Shown one piece after another: positions 45,853-55,287 of a DNA stretch of 64,000 nt. The stretch is taken from positions 128,001 through 192,000 of the forward strand of contig JBPCLO010000026.1 in NCBI GenBank assembly GCA_051003155.1. The letters are read 5' to 3'. The position numbers were made by a program, and so were the translations under genes. This DNA comes from Fimbriimonadales bacterium. Its GTDB lineage: Bacteria; Armatimonadota; Fimbriimonadia; Fimbriimonadales; ATM1. Position 1 is the stretch's first letter. The number at the start of each line of letters is the position of its first letter. A model generated the notes under the pieces. It made no database searches. It worked only from the letters and a program-made list of their open reading frames with translations, and was not told the origin of the DNA.

Positions 45853-47774
45853 GTCTTGATCTTGAGCAACATCGAAACCGGCGGCAAGCCGCCGGTTGTC
45901 GACCCGAACGCGGCAACTATTTCGAGCAAACCCTGCCTGTACGCTTGGACGAGAAGCCGTCGAAATTGCTCTAAGTTAGCGGTACCCGTCGATCGGCTGC
46001 GCTTGATCATTTCCGGATAGAAGGCTTCGCGTAACTCCTTACCTTGAGCGCCAAGATATGCGGTGTTGATATATACGTGGGTTGTGCCAAGCCCCTTTAG
46101 CTGTGCAATTAAATCTTCGGGTTCTTGAAGCTTCTCGTACTCGATCATTCGGCTGTGGCCGGGGTTCGCCCAGAAGTACGGGACATCGAGGTAGTAGCCG
46201 TGCACTTCGTCATAGAGCGCGACGCTGACCCGCTCTGACTTTCCAAGATCGTTCAGGTACGTTGCAGCCTGCCAGAACCCGAGCCTCGGCGTCAAGAATT
46301 CGTCGAAATCGCCGCTCGCGATAAACGCGATTTGGTCGCGCAATGGGCTGACGCTCGGGCCGAAGAGGTACGTCGTCCAGACACATTGCATGCCGACCGC
46401 AACGGCCGGGAGCCATCCCAATCGTGCTCGTTCGGCCGCCCCGGCGAGCAAGAACGCCGCCGGAAAGGCGAGCGAGATGATGTATCGGGATTGCTGCGTC
46501 AAATAGAACCACGTCAGCAGCGAGAGCAATATCGTCAGGAGGATCAGCTTCTCGGCGTCCAGCGGCCCGCGGTCGTTTCTTCTAAACCCGGAAAGGGGCC
46601 ACCACAGCAACCCAAGTAGAAATATAGGGCCGATCGCACCCCAAGGCGTGCCCTGGTTGATCTGCTTATCCGGCTGAAGGGCGAGCGCGGTTACCGAGCC
46701 GGGAATCGCGAGCGGGCTCTTACCGGCTTCACTCTGGCCGATCCCGAAGGAGCGCTGCTCGGCCGCGTACGTTTCCGCGTTCGGCTGGCTCCAGTTGCTA
46801 CCCTCGAAAACGCTGTAAAAAAACGGGTAGACGGGATTGCCGGTATTGACGACATTGCGAATGTACCAAGGGGAGCAAATCACGATGGCGACGGCGCCGA
46901 TTGCCGCGAACCCCTTGAGCGAACGCCCAAACGATCTGCGAGCGATGCCGTGTCCGATGAGTACGAGCCCGATGGCGAAGGCGATCTGGAATCCGGTGTA
47001 CTTGGTAGCGAGCGCCAATCCCAAGAATATGCCGGCGAGCCAAAGAAAGCGTCGATCGGAGCCGACGGCCCATAACGATGCGAACAAGATCGCCCCGCCG
47101 CTGAACAGGCCGTGCGCAACGTCGACATACGCGGTGCCGACCTCCCAAAGGACGACCGGCGTAGCGAGAAAAGCGAGCCCGGCCCAATAACCCGCGTTCT
47201 TCCCGAAGCGCCATTGTGCCAAGCCGCCGAGCGTCAATACAGCGAACGCCGCGAAGAAGAAGGCGACGGTCTTCGCGGCGAACTGTCCACCGAAAGGAAG
47301 CACGTACATATAAAGCATGTTCACCGTCGGAGCGATGTTGCTCTGGTGCATGAACGGGATGTAATCCACCTTCCCGTGCTGGTTCCAAATCTTCGCCATT
47401 GCCATCTGGTGGCTGACGCTGTCCCAGTCCGCAGCGTCGCTGGGCGAGAGAGCGGACGGCAGCCGAAGCAGGAGCATGAACACCAACACTAGCAGGATAA
47501 TTCGAGATGTCGACGTCGCCGGAAACGCTGGTTTAAGCAACGCTAGGTGCCGGAGCGAAAAGATGACTGCGGCCGCTGCGACGTACTGAGCAACCGGGCC
47601 GAGTAGGAATATCGCAATGCCGGTCGCGCCGAAGCCCACCCCTCCACAGATGCCCCATCGGGCGCCAGCCGGCAGGTTCGGAACCAATCTCCAAACAATG
47701 GCTAGCCCGACTAGTACGGCTCCTAACGAGAAGATGAACCCGACCGACAGCCCGACGAACGGCGAAGGCTCCAT
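45849..47774 (-). CDS. ArnT/PMT-like GT-C membrane glycosyltransferase
   Basis: DWD motif in the first loop, AYVD, LALATKY and PWYIRN...TGNPVYP; abuts kdsA. Confidence 0.7.
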   Translation of the reverse strand: MEPSPFVGLSVGFIFSLGAVLVGLAIVWRLVPNLPAGARWGICGGVGFGATGIAIFLLGPVAQYVAAAAVIFSLRHLALLKPAFPATSTSRIILLVLVFMLLLRLPSALSPSDAADWDSVSHQMAMAKIWNQHGKVDYIPFMHQSNIAPTVNMLYMYVLPFGGQFAAKTVAFFFAAFAVLTLGGLAQWRFGKNAGYWAGLAFLATPVVLWEVGTAYVDVAHGLFSGGAILFASLWAVGSDRRFLWLAGIFLGLALATKYTGFQIAFAIGLVLIGHGIARRSFGRSLKGFAAIGAVAIVICSPWYIRNVVNTGNPVYPFFYSVFEGSNWSQPNAETYAAEQRSFGIGQSEAGKSPLAIPGSVTALALQPDKQINQGTPWGAIGPIFLLGLLWWPLSGFRRNDRGPLDAEKLILLTILLSLLTWFYLTQQSRYIISLAFPAAFLLAGAAERARLGWLPAVAVGMQCVWTTYLFGPSVSPLRDQIAFIASGDFDEFLTPRLGFWQAATYLNDLGKSERVSVALYDEVHGYYLDVPYFWANPGHSRMIEYEKLQEPEDLIAQLKGLGTTHVYINTAYLGAQGKELREAFYPEMIKRSRSTGTANLEQFRRLLVQAYRQGLLEIVAAFGSTTGGLPPVSMLLKIKT

Positions 47775-48596
47775 CTAGTCCAGGCTGCCGGCCTTCCAAA
47801 TGCGCATCGCCTTGCGGATGAGCTTCTCCGCATCGGCGAGCGGCCACTGGGTCGCGGCATCCGACATGGCCCGCTCGGGGTCGGGATGAACTTCAAGAAA
47901 CAGAGCGTCGACGCCGACCGCGACGGCGGCGTTCGTCAAGTGTGGAATCGTTTCCCTCGCGCCGCCGCTCACTGTGCCGCCGGCACCGGGCCTCTGGGCG
48001 CTGTGCGTGGCATCGAAACAGATCGGAACGCCAAACGACCTCATCACCGGCAATCCCGCCATATCGACGACGAGATTGTTGTAGCCAAATGTAGTGCCCC
48101 GCTCGGTGAGCATAACCCCGGAAGCCGATTGGAGTTTCTCGACGATATTCTTGGCGTCCCATGGAGCCAAGAATTGCCCTTTCTTAACGTTGACCGGCTT
48201 GCCGGTGGCGGCACAGGCTTCCAATAAGTCTGTTTGCCTGCAAAGGAAGGCGGGAATCTGCAGCAGATCGACGCCTTCCGCTAACTGCGCCGCCTGGTCC
48301 GGTAAGTGCACATCGGTCGTCACGGGCACCTGCAACTCCCTGCGGATTCTCGATAAGACGTTCAGTCCCGCCTCGACGCCAAAGCCTCGCGGACTGGCGG
48401 CGCCGCTACGGTTTGCCTTGTCGAACGACGCCTTGAAAATGTACTGTACGGATAGGACCGAGCAGATCTGCTGCATCTTCTCCGCTACCTCTCGGCACAG
48501 GTCGTACGACTCGGCGAGGCATGGGCCGGCGATGATGGCCGGGTGCCCGTCACCGATGCGTACGGAGCCTACGGTTACGACGCGAACTGGGTCCAC
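47775..48596 (-). CDS. kdsA: 3-deoxy-8-phosphooctulonate (KDO8P) synthase
   Basis: IAGPC, FKASFDKANRS, QIPAFLCRQTD, KKGQFLAP, ERG..FGY.NLVVD and DATHS.Q.PG. Confidence 0.97.
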   Translation of the reverse strand: MDPVRVVTVGSVRIGDGHPAIIAGPCLAESYDLCREVAEKMQQICSVLSVQYIFKASFDKANRSGAASPRGFGVEAGLNVLSRIRRELQVPVTTDVHLPDQAAQLAEGVDLLQIPAFLCRQTDLLEACAATGKPVNVKKGQFLAPWDAKNIVEKLQSASGVMLTERGTTFGYNNLVVDMAGLPVMRSFGVPICFDATHSAQRPGAGGTVSGGARETIPHLTNAAVAVGVDALFLEVHPDPERAMSDAATQWPLADAEKLIRKAMRIWKAGSLD

Positions 48597-48808
48597 GCTT
48601 GAGAGTTTAGCGCGAGACAGACCGGGCGATGGCCGTTCCTGATTCAGGAAGGATAAGAAGGATCCCGGTTTGCGCGTCGAGGCTTCGAACCTGAGGGCTG
48701 CCTTGCCCTCGGCGATACGACGCCGTATGCTTGGTCGTCTTCACGGCCCGCGGATTGACAGGGCGGCTTGTCTGAGGTCGCTGCACCTCGCCAGGTACAC
48801 TCCTTGGC

Positions 48809-49900
48809 ATGCCTTGCATCCAAGGCGACTATACAAGAGGAGTTAGCGTTGCGCCGCACGCCAACTTCCGGCCCGGCAACATCATTGTCGCGGATCAACG
48901 GCACCTAATTGTGAGTAACAGCCCTGAAACTCTCGTGCCAGGCGTCCAACCAACTCTTTTCAAATGTCAGATACCCCTTGCACAGTTTGTCTCAAAGACC
49001 TTTCGCGTGTACATATGGCATTTTAACAAGACTGGTGCGACAGTTCCTATATCGCTGATCGCTTCGATAGCATCGACCGGAGGTTTTGCTTCGCTCACAG
49101 ACGTGGTTGCAGAGACCTACGCCAACGCAACAGAGAACGACTTACCGGCTGCAGGTGTTTGCCTAGCCAAGGTTCAACTTTATCAATCATTTCCGTTATT
49201 CGGTAATCAGTTCAATGTAGGGAACGCCGAAACGCCTATTTGGTCTAGCAGCATTGACAACTTGCGCCTCACTGCTGCGATCGTTCAGTTTGCTGCGTCC
49301 TCTTTTGTTCCACAGCAACTGCGATTACGAATAGGAATCGGCGGTGATTGGAACTCGCCTGTTGCGACAATGGATGGGCATGTCCGTGGCTGCTGGCCCC
49401 AAAGCGAAATCCTGCTTCCCTGGCCTGAATCGATAAATGTTGATCCGAGTCTCCGACCTGTTCAAGAGAAGCGATGCGGCATTTGCGAAAGCGATGGTCC
49501 GGAGGTTCAGTCACCGTCAGGTTTTTATGACCGGCCTTCGTCAATTGCTGTGCCCGAGTCAGATAATCCGGGAACTTGGGGTGCAAACGGCATTTACCGA
49601 CTGACGGCGATCAACAGGAACTTGAGCCTTGGTGGAACCGTGTCCATCTTAATGGAAGCTCGAGACACGCTTCCATTCGCTTACTGGGGAGCGGCCAAAA
49701 TCTCCAATCCACCCGAATTTGCCGATCAAGGCGTTTTGCCGATAAAGTTTGGCACCCTGCAGTCGGCGGTCGTACTTGGCAGTGTCCCCATTGCGCCAGA
49801 CTCGTCGCGTGACATCTTTGTCGCAGTGGCAAATGGCGGCGCCGGCACTCTGCCCGTGAATCTCAAAGCCGTCGGAATGGAGGTTCTGCAATACCCGTGA
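48809..49900 (+). CDS. Hypothetical beta-rich protein with weak DUF3370-like motifs
   Basis: 363-aa ORF, lower GC than flanks; LIVSNSPET...RVYIWHFN; TACACT 7 nt before the ATG. Confidence 0.6.
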   Translation: MPCIQGDYTRGVSVAPHANFRPGNIIVADQRHLIVSNSPETLVPGVQPTLFKCQIPLAQFVSKTFRVYIWHFNKTGATVPISLIASIASTGGFASLTDVVAETYANATENDLPAAGVCLAKVQLYQSFPLFGNQFNVGNAETPIWSSSIDNLRLTAAIVQFAASSFVPQQLRLRIGIGGDWNSPVATMDGHVRGCWPQSEILLPWPESINVDPSLRPVQEKRCGICESDGPEVQSPSGFYDRPSSIAVPESDNPGTWGANGIYRLTAINRNLSLGGTVSILMEARDTLPFAYWGAAKISNPPEFADQGVLPIKFGTLQSAVVLGSVPIAPDSSRDIFVAVANGGAGTLPVNLKAVGMEVLQYP

Positions 49901-49913
49901 AATAGGTGAACCC

Positions 49914-51008
49914 ATGTTACTCACTGTAATTCTAATTGCTGTCGGATCTACTATTCAATCACGCGGACTGCCGCCTCCAGAGATGCCGCTGACGACAATC
50001 TTCAAGGAGCGTGCAATGGGAGCAGGAAGGGATATTGCCGCAGTTTCCAATGATGGCTCTTTTGCATTTTGTGATCCAGTAATTCGTATTCATTCAGGTG
50101 AACGGTCATTTGTCAGGGAGAAGCTTCGATTCTACGCGCGGACGGGCAGATCGCAGGTGATGGTTGCAACGACGAGCCAGAGCGCCAGCCTAAGGGATGC
50201 TACCGGGGCGCACTATCACTTCAACGACTACTCATTGCTGGGTACGTTCCGTGGCAGAGAGCTTCTCATCGCCTTCGACGTGTCGTTCTCTCGACAAGTG
50301 AGAAGACGCGTAGCGGGCATCGTCGCTGTCAACCCGGCTGCAAGGGGCGCGCATCCGAACCGTGAGGCAGTATTTCCAGTAGACGGTCGGACGTACAAGG
50401 TGTACCATTGCACACTCGATGAAGCGAAGCGAAACGCGACTGTTCTCGTGGGAGCATCGACGGACAACGAAAGCTCTCTCGAAGTGTATCGCTTCAGCGG
50501 TTACCGTTTGACCAAGCTAACCGCGTCCAAGGCAGGACCATACCGGCGTCTTGTCGGAAAGGTGATTCCAGCGCGATTGGAACCACGAAACAGTCTCACC
50601 CTGGCTGGGTCGAAATACATACCGCAATTGGCAGACGTCGATCCGATTCGCCTAAGGGCAGTTTACGTTTTGCAAGACGGGATAACCGAGTTCGACATCA
50701 TCCGCGGTACGTGGCGAACGCTAAATGCGCCTCGTCACCCGAGCAGAACGTCGTGGTACGGCGACCGGCCTGCCTGGTATTTCAACGGGAGGTTGTACGC
50801 CACGAAAGAGTCGATGAAGGAGCCGCCCTGGAACTTCTCCAGCGAGGGCGCGCACTTCGCTCTACTGCGAGCGGGCCTTTCCCGGGACAAATGGAATAGC
50901 TTGGGCGCATACAGGAAGCTCGGATCGAGCGCGAATGAGAGATTTTGGGTGTACCAGGACAAGACGGGGGGCATTTTCGTTGGGCCAACGGCATGGTTCG
51001 CCAAGTAA
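49914..51008 (+). CDS. Hypothetical secreted protein
   Basis: 364-aa ORF with a hydrophobic N-terminus; RBS aggtg. Confidence 0.6.
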   Translation: MLLTVILIAVGSTIQSRGLPPPEMPLTTIFKERAMGAGRDIAAVSNDGSFAFCDPVIRIHSGERSFVREKLRFYARTGRSQVMVATTSQSASLRDATGAHYHFNDYSLLGTFRGRELLIAFDVSFSRQVRRRVAGIVAVNPAARGAHPNREAVFPVDGRTYKVYHCTLDEAKRNATVLVGASTDNESSLEVYRFSGYRLTKLTASKAGPYRRLVGKVIPARLEPRNSLTLAGSKYIPQLADVDPIRLRAVYVLQDGITEFDIIRGTWRTLNAPRHPSRTSWYGDRPAWYFNGRLYATKESMKEPPWNFSSEGAHFALLRAGLSRDKWNSLGAYRKLGSSANERFWVYQDKTGGIFVGPTAWFAK

Positions 51009-51147
51009 AGTCAACGTGCAAAAGTGCACTCTGTATCGCTCTTTGCTCTCAAGCCGGACGACCAGGGCAACAGTTGCCATGCCAGATAATGAAGTTTCGC
51101 GAAGGTCGGTTCCCAGCAGCTACGCATAAGCAGGTAAATAACTGAGG

Positions 51148-53088
51148 CTAGGGGCCATCGCCACTCCGGGCGATGGTTCTTTCTCGGGTCAGAAACTCAA
51201 GGAACGTTTCCGCATTGCGCGTCGAGCCTTCGAAGCGGCGGACGGCTTTACCTTCTGGCGAGACGACGACGTAGATCGGGAGAGTATCTAGGCCGGTTAG
51301 TCTGATCTGAAGCTTCTGGTTCGGCTCGTCCCCGGGCCGGTCGGTCCAAAGCTCGACCGGAACAAATTGGTCGTTCACGGCCTTCGCAATCTCGGGCCGC
51401 GGGAACATATTCTGCTCCATCCAGCGGCAGTTCGTGCAGGTGACGCCCGTGAAATTGATGAGCAGGGGCTTGTTCTCCGCCTTGGCGCGAGCCAGCGCAG
51501 CCTCGTATTTCTCTTCCCACTTGATCGGGGCTGACGCGAGCGCCTCCCTGCCCGGATAAGGATGCGGCGGCAGGAACGAACTCAGCTCACCCGTTGGAGC
51601 GCCCTCGATCGCAGCCAAGCAGTAGACACCGATGAACGCGAACAGGGCGCCAATCGCAAGCCGCGGGATTCCCTTCTTTCCTTGCGACGGTTCGGTGGGA
51701 AGCGTAATCCAACCCAGCAGGTAGAGGCCGCCCATCACAAAGATGATCGCCCAGGTGGCGAGGAAAACAGGCTTAGTCAGCCAACCGAGCTGCCAAACGA
51801 GGTCCGCGTTCGAAAGGAACTTCACCGCGGCGGCGAGTTCGATAAAGCCCATGGTGACCTTGACCGACGTCATCCAAGAGCCGGCCTTGGGCAAGTTCGA
51901 AATGTACTGCGGGAAGAGCGCCAACATGAAAAAAGGAGAGGCGAACGCGACGCTGAACGAAAGCATCCCGAGGATCGGCATCAGGATGCTGCCACCGGCC
52001 GCGGCCTTTGCCAGAAGCGCGCCCACGAAACCGACCGTGCAGGTAAAAGACGTCAGCGTAAACGTGAGCCCCATGGCAAACGGGCCGAAGAAGCCGCCCT
52101 TTCTGGTGCCTTGATTGGCTTTGTTTACGAGCCAGCTCGGCAGCCTGATCTCGTACACACCGAACAGATTCAGCGCGAGAACCACGAACAAAAGGGCCAA
52201 AACGATGTTCGTCATCGGGTGCGTGGCGAATGAGGCGATCGCGCTTCCGCCGAACACCACTGCGACAAGCACCCCCAAGATCGTGAAAGTGGAAATGATG
52301 CCGAGTGAATAGGCCGCTGCGCCCGCGATCGAAGATTTCTTGTCCTCGGCGCGCTTCGAAAAATAGCTGACGGTAATCGGCACCATGGGAAAAACGCACG
52401 GCGTTAGGAGCGCGCCAAGGCCCGCGATAAAGGAGATAAGCAGAAACGGGAGCAACCCCTTCTTCAGCGCCTCCTCGATGTCGCCAGAGTTGGCTTCTCC
52501 GGAGACCTGGCCCGGAGCGGTGGGCGGCTCGTCGCCTTTCGTTGCGGCGACTGCTCCGGCGGGCTGCTCGGGTGGCGTGGCTATCTTTGCCGTGTGATCG
52601 GCTCGAGGGGAGCCGGGCGACGGCCTGAAATCGACGGGTATTTCGGTGGTGCGCGGTGGCGAGCAGGTCGATTCGCTGCATGCCATCCAGCGTGCAGTTA
52701 TCTTGCCGGTAACTGAACCCGTGACCTTGACCGGAATCGCGAAGGCTACCTCGCCTTCGAACATCCCAACTTTAATATCGCCAAAGTTCGGGTCCACCCT
52801 AACGCTCGGTGGCGGCTCGATCGGGCTGCCCTCGGCCTCAAGCCCCCTGGCAACGAACTCGAAACTGGTGGGCAGCGGGCCAATCCCCTCGGCCGGCACG
52901 ATCGAATAGATATGCCAGTCCTTCCTGATTCTGGCGGTTAGAACAAGCTGCGCGGATTCGCCTGCGCGCGCATCTGTGGGAACGACTTTCGCGCTCCATT
53001 TCGCTTCGTGTTGTGCCTGTGCGAATGAGCCCCCCGCTAAGCCGAGCAAGAAGACGGCGAAGAGAGCGCTTTTGCCCGCATAGAACAT
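51148..53088 (-). CDS. dsbD: Thiol:disulfide interchange protein DsbD
   Basis: N-domain C....C, LLTPCVFPMVP, SFTCT and thioredoxin CTNC. Confidence 0.92.
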   Translation of the reverse strand: MFYAGKSALFAVFLLGLAGGSFAQAQHEAKWSAKVVPTDARAGESAQLVLTARIRKDWHIYSIVPAEGIGPLPTSFEFVARGLEAEGSPIEPPPSVRVDPNFGDIKVGMFEGEVAFAIPVKVTGSVTGKITARWMACSESTCSPPRTTEIPVDFRPSPGSPRADHTAKIATPPEQPAGAVAATKGDEPPTAPGQVSGEANSGDIEEALKKGLLPFLLISFIAGLGALLTPCVFPMVPITVSYFSKRAEDKKSSIAGAAAYSLGIISTFTILGVLVAVVFGGSAIASFATHPMTNIVLALLFVVLALNLFGVYEIRLPSWLVNKANQGTRKGGFFGPFAMGLTFTLTSFTCTVGFVGALLAKAAAGGSILMPILGMLSFSVAFASPFFMLALFPQYISNLPKAGSWMTSVKVTMGFIELAAAVKFLSNADLVWQLGWLTKPVFLATWAIIFVMGGLYLLGWITLPTEPSQGKKGIPRLAIGALFAFIGVYCLAAIEGAPTGELSSFLPPHPYPGREALASAPIKWEEKYEAALARAKAENKPLLINFTGVTCTNCRWMEQNMFPRPEIAKAVNDQFVPVELWTDRPGDEPNQKLQIRLTGLDTLPIYVVVSPEGKAVRRFEGSTRNAETFLEFLTRERTIARSGDGP

Positions 53089-53093
53089 GAGGC

Positions 53094-53552
53094 CTACTTG
53101 GCTTTGATAATGACGGTTCCGGCGACTTCGTCGGTGCGCGGCATGAGGCACATACCGTCGTTCGAGCAAATTTGTGACTTTACGCTCAACTTGAACGCAT
53201 ACTTCGTTCTGGCCCTCTTCGGAATCGTTATCTCGACCGGGATCTTGACGATGCCCTCGTAAACGACGTGGTTCTCTCCGAGGAATGATTTGGCCACGCC
53301 ACCTGGGTAAACAACCTTTCCCAGCTTATACGTCGCTTTCGCGACCGGCTCGATGGCCACTTTGAACGTCTCGCCCTGATCCGACGGCGCGTAGGCGTGA
53401 TAACCCTCTGGAACGGTAAGGGTTACGGTACCCTTGAGCAGTTGCCCCGGTTTGGCCGTCTTGGCTGCGAACTCGATCTTCGACGTGACCTGCGGGGCCT
53501 GCGCTGCGGCGATCGTAAACGCGGCGAGAACTCCGAATGCTACACCCTTCAT
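53094..53552 (-). CDS. Stand-alone DsbD N-terminal-domain protein
   Basis: Signal peptide, GYHAY, VYEG and QICSNDGMC. Confidence 0.85.
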   Translation of the reverse strand: MKGVAFGVLAAFTIAAAQAPQVTSKIEFAAKTAKPGQLLKGTVTLTVPEGYHAYAPSDQGETFKVAIEPVAKATYKLGKVVYPGGVAKSFLGENHVVYEGIVKIPVEITIPKRARTKYAFKLSVKSQICSNDGMCLMPRTDEVAGTVIIKAK

Positions 53553-53579
53553 CGTTGCAAGTTTAACGCGTAAATCGGC

Positions 53580-54557
53580 TTAATCGTTTCCGACCCTGAC
53601 AGATGTGCCGGTTTCCGCGCTCTTCATCATCGCGTCGATGACGGCCATCGCGATCCGGCAGTGCTCGGGTTTCACGGCCAGCTCTTCGCCGCAGTTCAGG
53701 TGGCGGCCGAGGTTGGTGTAAAGCTCTGCCCAGCGGTCTTGTTCCACGACAATCGATTCTTCGCCGTTTTCGGTTTTTAAGATCGCGTGCTGCCGATCAG
53801 CCATCTGGAACGCGGCCTTTTCGCCGCGTATCAGCCATCGAGGACGCGTAATGTGGCTCATGCAACCTACGTCGATCTCGGCGGAAACACCGTTGTCGAA
53901 AACGATCATCGCCGTCGTCTGCGTCTCGACGTCCACGTCGTGGACGCCGGCATGCGAAGTAGCGAAAACAGTCCGTGGCATAGCCGGAAGCATCAATTGG
54001 ACCATCTGGTCCACTAAATGCGCTCCCCAGTCGTAGAGCATGCCTCCTCCGCAAGCCTTCACTCCTCGCCAGCCTGCTGGATACCACCAGCCGTTCACGC
54101 TGGATTCGATTTGGAAGACCTTGCCGAGCGCACCGGAAGCGAGAACTTTCTTTGCCGTCCGAAAATCGCCATCCCATCGCCGGTTCTGGTAGACCGTGAG
54201 CGCCTTTCCCGCTTCCCTGGCGGCGGCGATCATCGCGTCCGCCTCGTTGAGGTCCATGCACATCACTTTCTCGGTCATTACGTGCTTGCCGGCCCGACTC
54301 GCCTGCATGGACAAGGGCGCATGCGTATCGTGGGGTGTTACGAGGACAACAAGACCAATAGCCCGCTCCGCCAACAGGTCTTCGTAGGAGTCGAAAACAT
54401 CGACCCCTTGTTCTTCCCCGGCAGCATGTCAGCGCGCAGGGTCGACGTCGAAAACGCCTGCCAGTTCTAGCCCGTCCGTGGCTGCCACGCTTTCGGAATG
54501 GTGCTTTCCCATCGAAAACTGCGCACCGTAACCTACGATCCCTACGCCGATGCTCAT
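53580..54557 (-). pseudogene. Gfo/Idh/MocA oxidoreductase with one in-frame TGA (54429-54431)
   Basis: GIVGYG...DVDPAR-TGA-HAAGEEQ...TPH..H, GKHV..EK, YQNRRWD and GGGMLYDWG.H; both parts are in the same frame. Confidence 0.8.
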
Positions 54558-54705
54558 GCGCTGCATCGTACCTGCCGGGCAAGATCGAACCATGCTGAAG
54601 CAGTTTATATCAAGAATGTCACGAAACGTCCTCGTCGAATCAATTAACAGTACGAGTGCTCGGCGAGCACACTTGGCTCGCCACCCAACTCGCCAAGGAG
54701 GCAAT

Positions 54706-55278
54706 ATGCAAAAGAAACTTGTCGCTATCGCAGGGTTGACGGTCCTGACGGCCGTCGCAAGCGCGGAGACGATCTATGACAACTTCGGGTCTTGGGATGG
54801 CAACATCACCAGCGGGTGGTTTGCTCAGGCCCAGATCTTGGCGGCGCCCGCCGTCGATGACGTGCTATGGGAATGGCGGTTCGAGATGGCCGCCGGCAAC
54901 ACTGTGGGCTCGATCGGATTCAGCGTCCAGACCGTGGCGGGTGGTCTACCGACCGGCGTGATGCTTTACTCAGATACCGCAGTGGTTCCGCCTGAAGGGG
55001 CTGTTATAACTTTCAACAACATCGGCCTGCAGCTGACGAGCGGAGTGGACTATGCCTTCGTGGTCGATTTCAACGGCTACAGCGGCGAGACGATCCATTA
55101 CACCGGAATCGACGTGGTGCCCGGCGACGGCGCGTGGATGGATGGTGGCGGCAACTGGTTCAGCTTTGCAGGGCTGGATCAGAAGATGTACGGCAGGTTC
55201 GACGCGGTTCCGGAGCCGGCTTCGTTGCTTGCGCTCGGGGCCGGATTGGCCGCACTTGCCCTTCGACGAAAGCGATAG
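54706..55278 (+). CDS. PEP-CTERM sorting domain protein
   Basis: Signal peptide; ends VPEPASLLALGAGLAALALRRKR; RBS aggagg. Confidence 0.93.
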   Translation: MQKKLVAIAGLTVLTAVASAETIYDNFGSWDGNITSGWFAQAQILAAPAVDDVLWEWRFEMAAGNTVGSIGFSVQTVAGGLPTGVMLYSDTAVVPPEGAVITFNNIGLQLTSGVDYAFVVDFNGYSGETIHYTGIDVVPGDGAWMDGGGNWFSFAGLDQKMYGRFDAVPEPASLLALGAGLAALALRRKR

Positions 55279-55287
55279 CCGCTAGCA

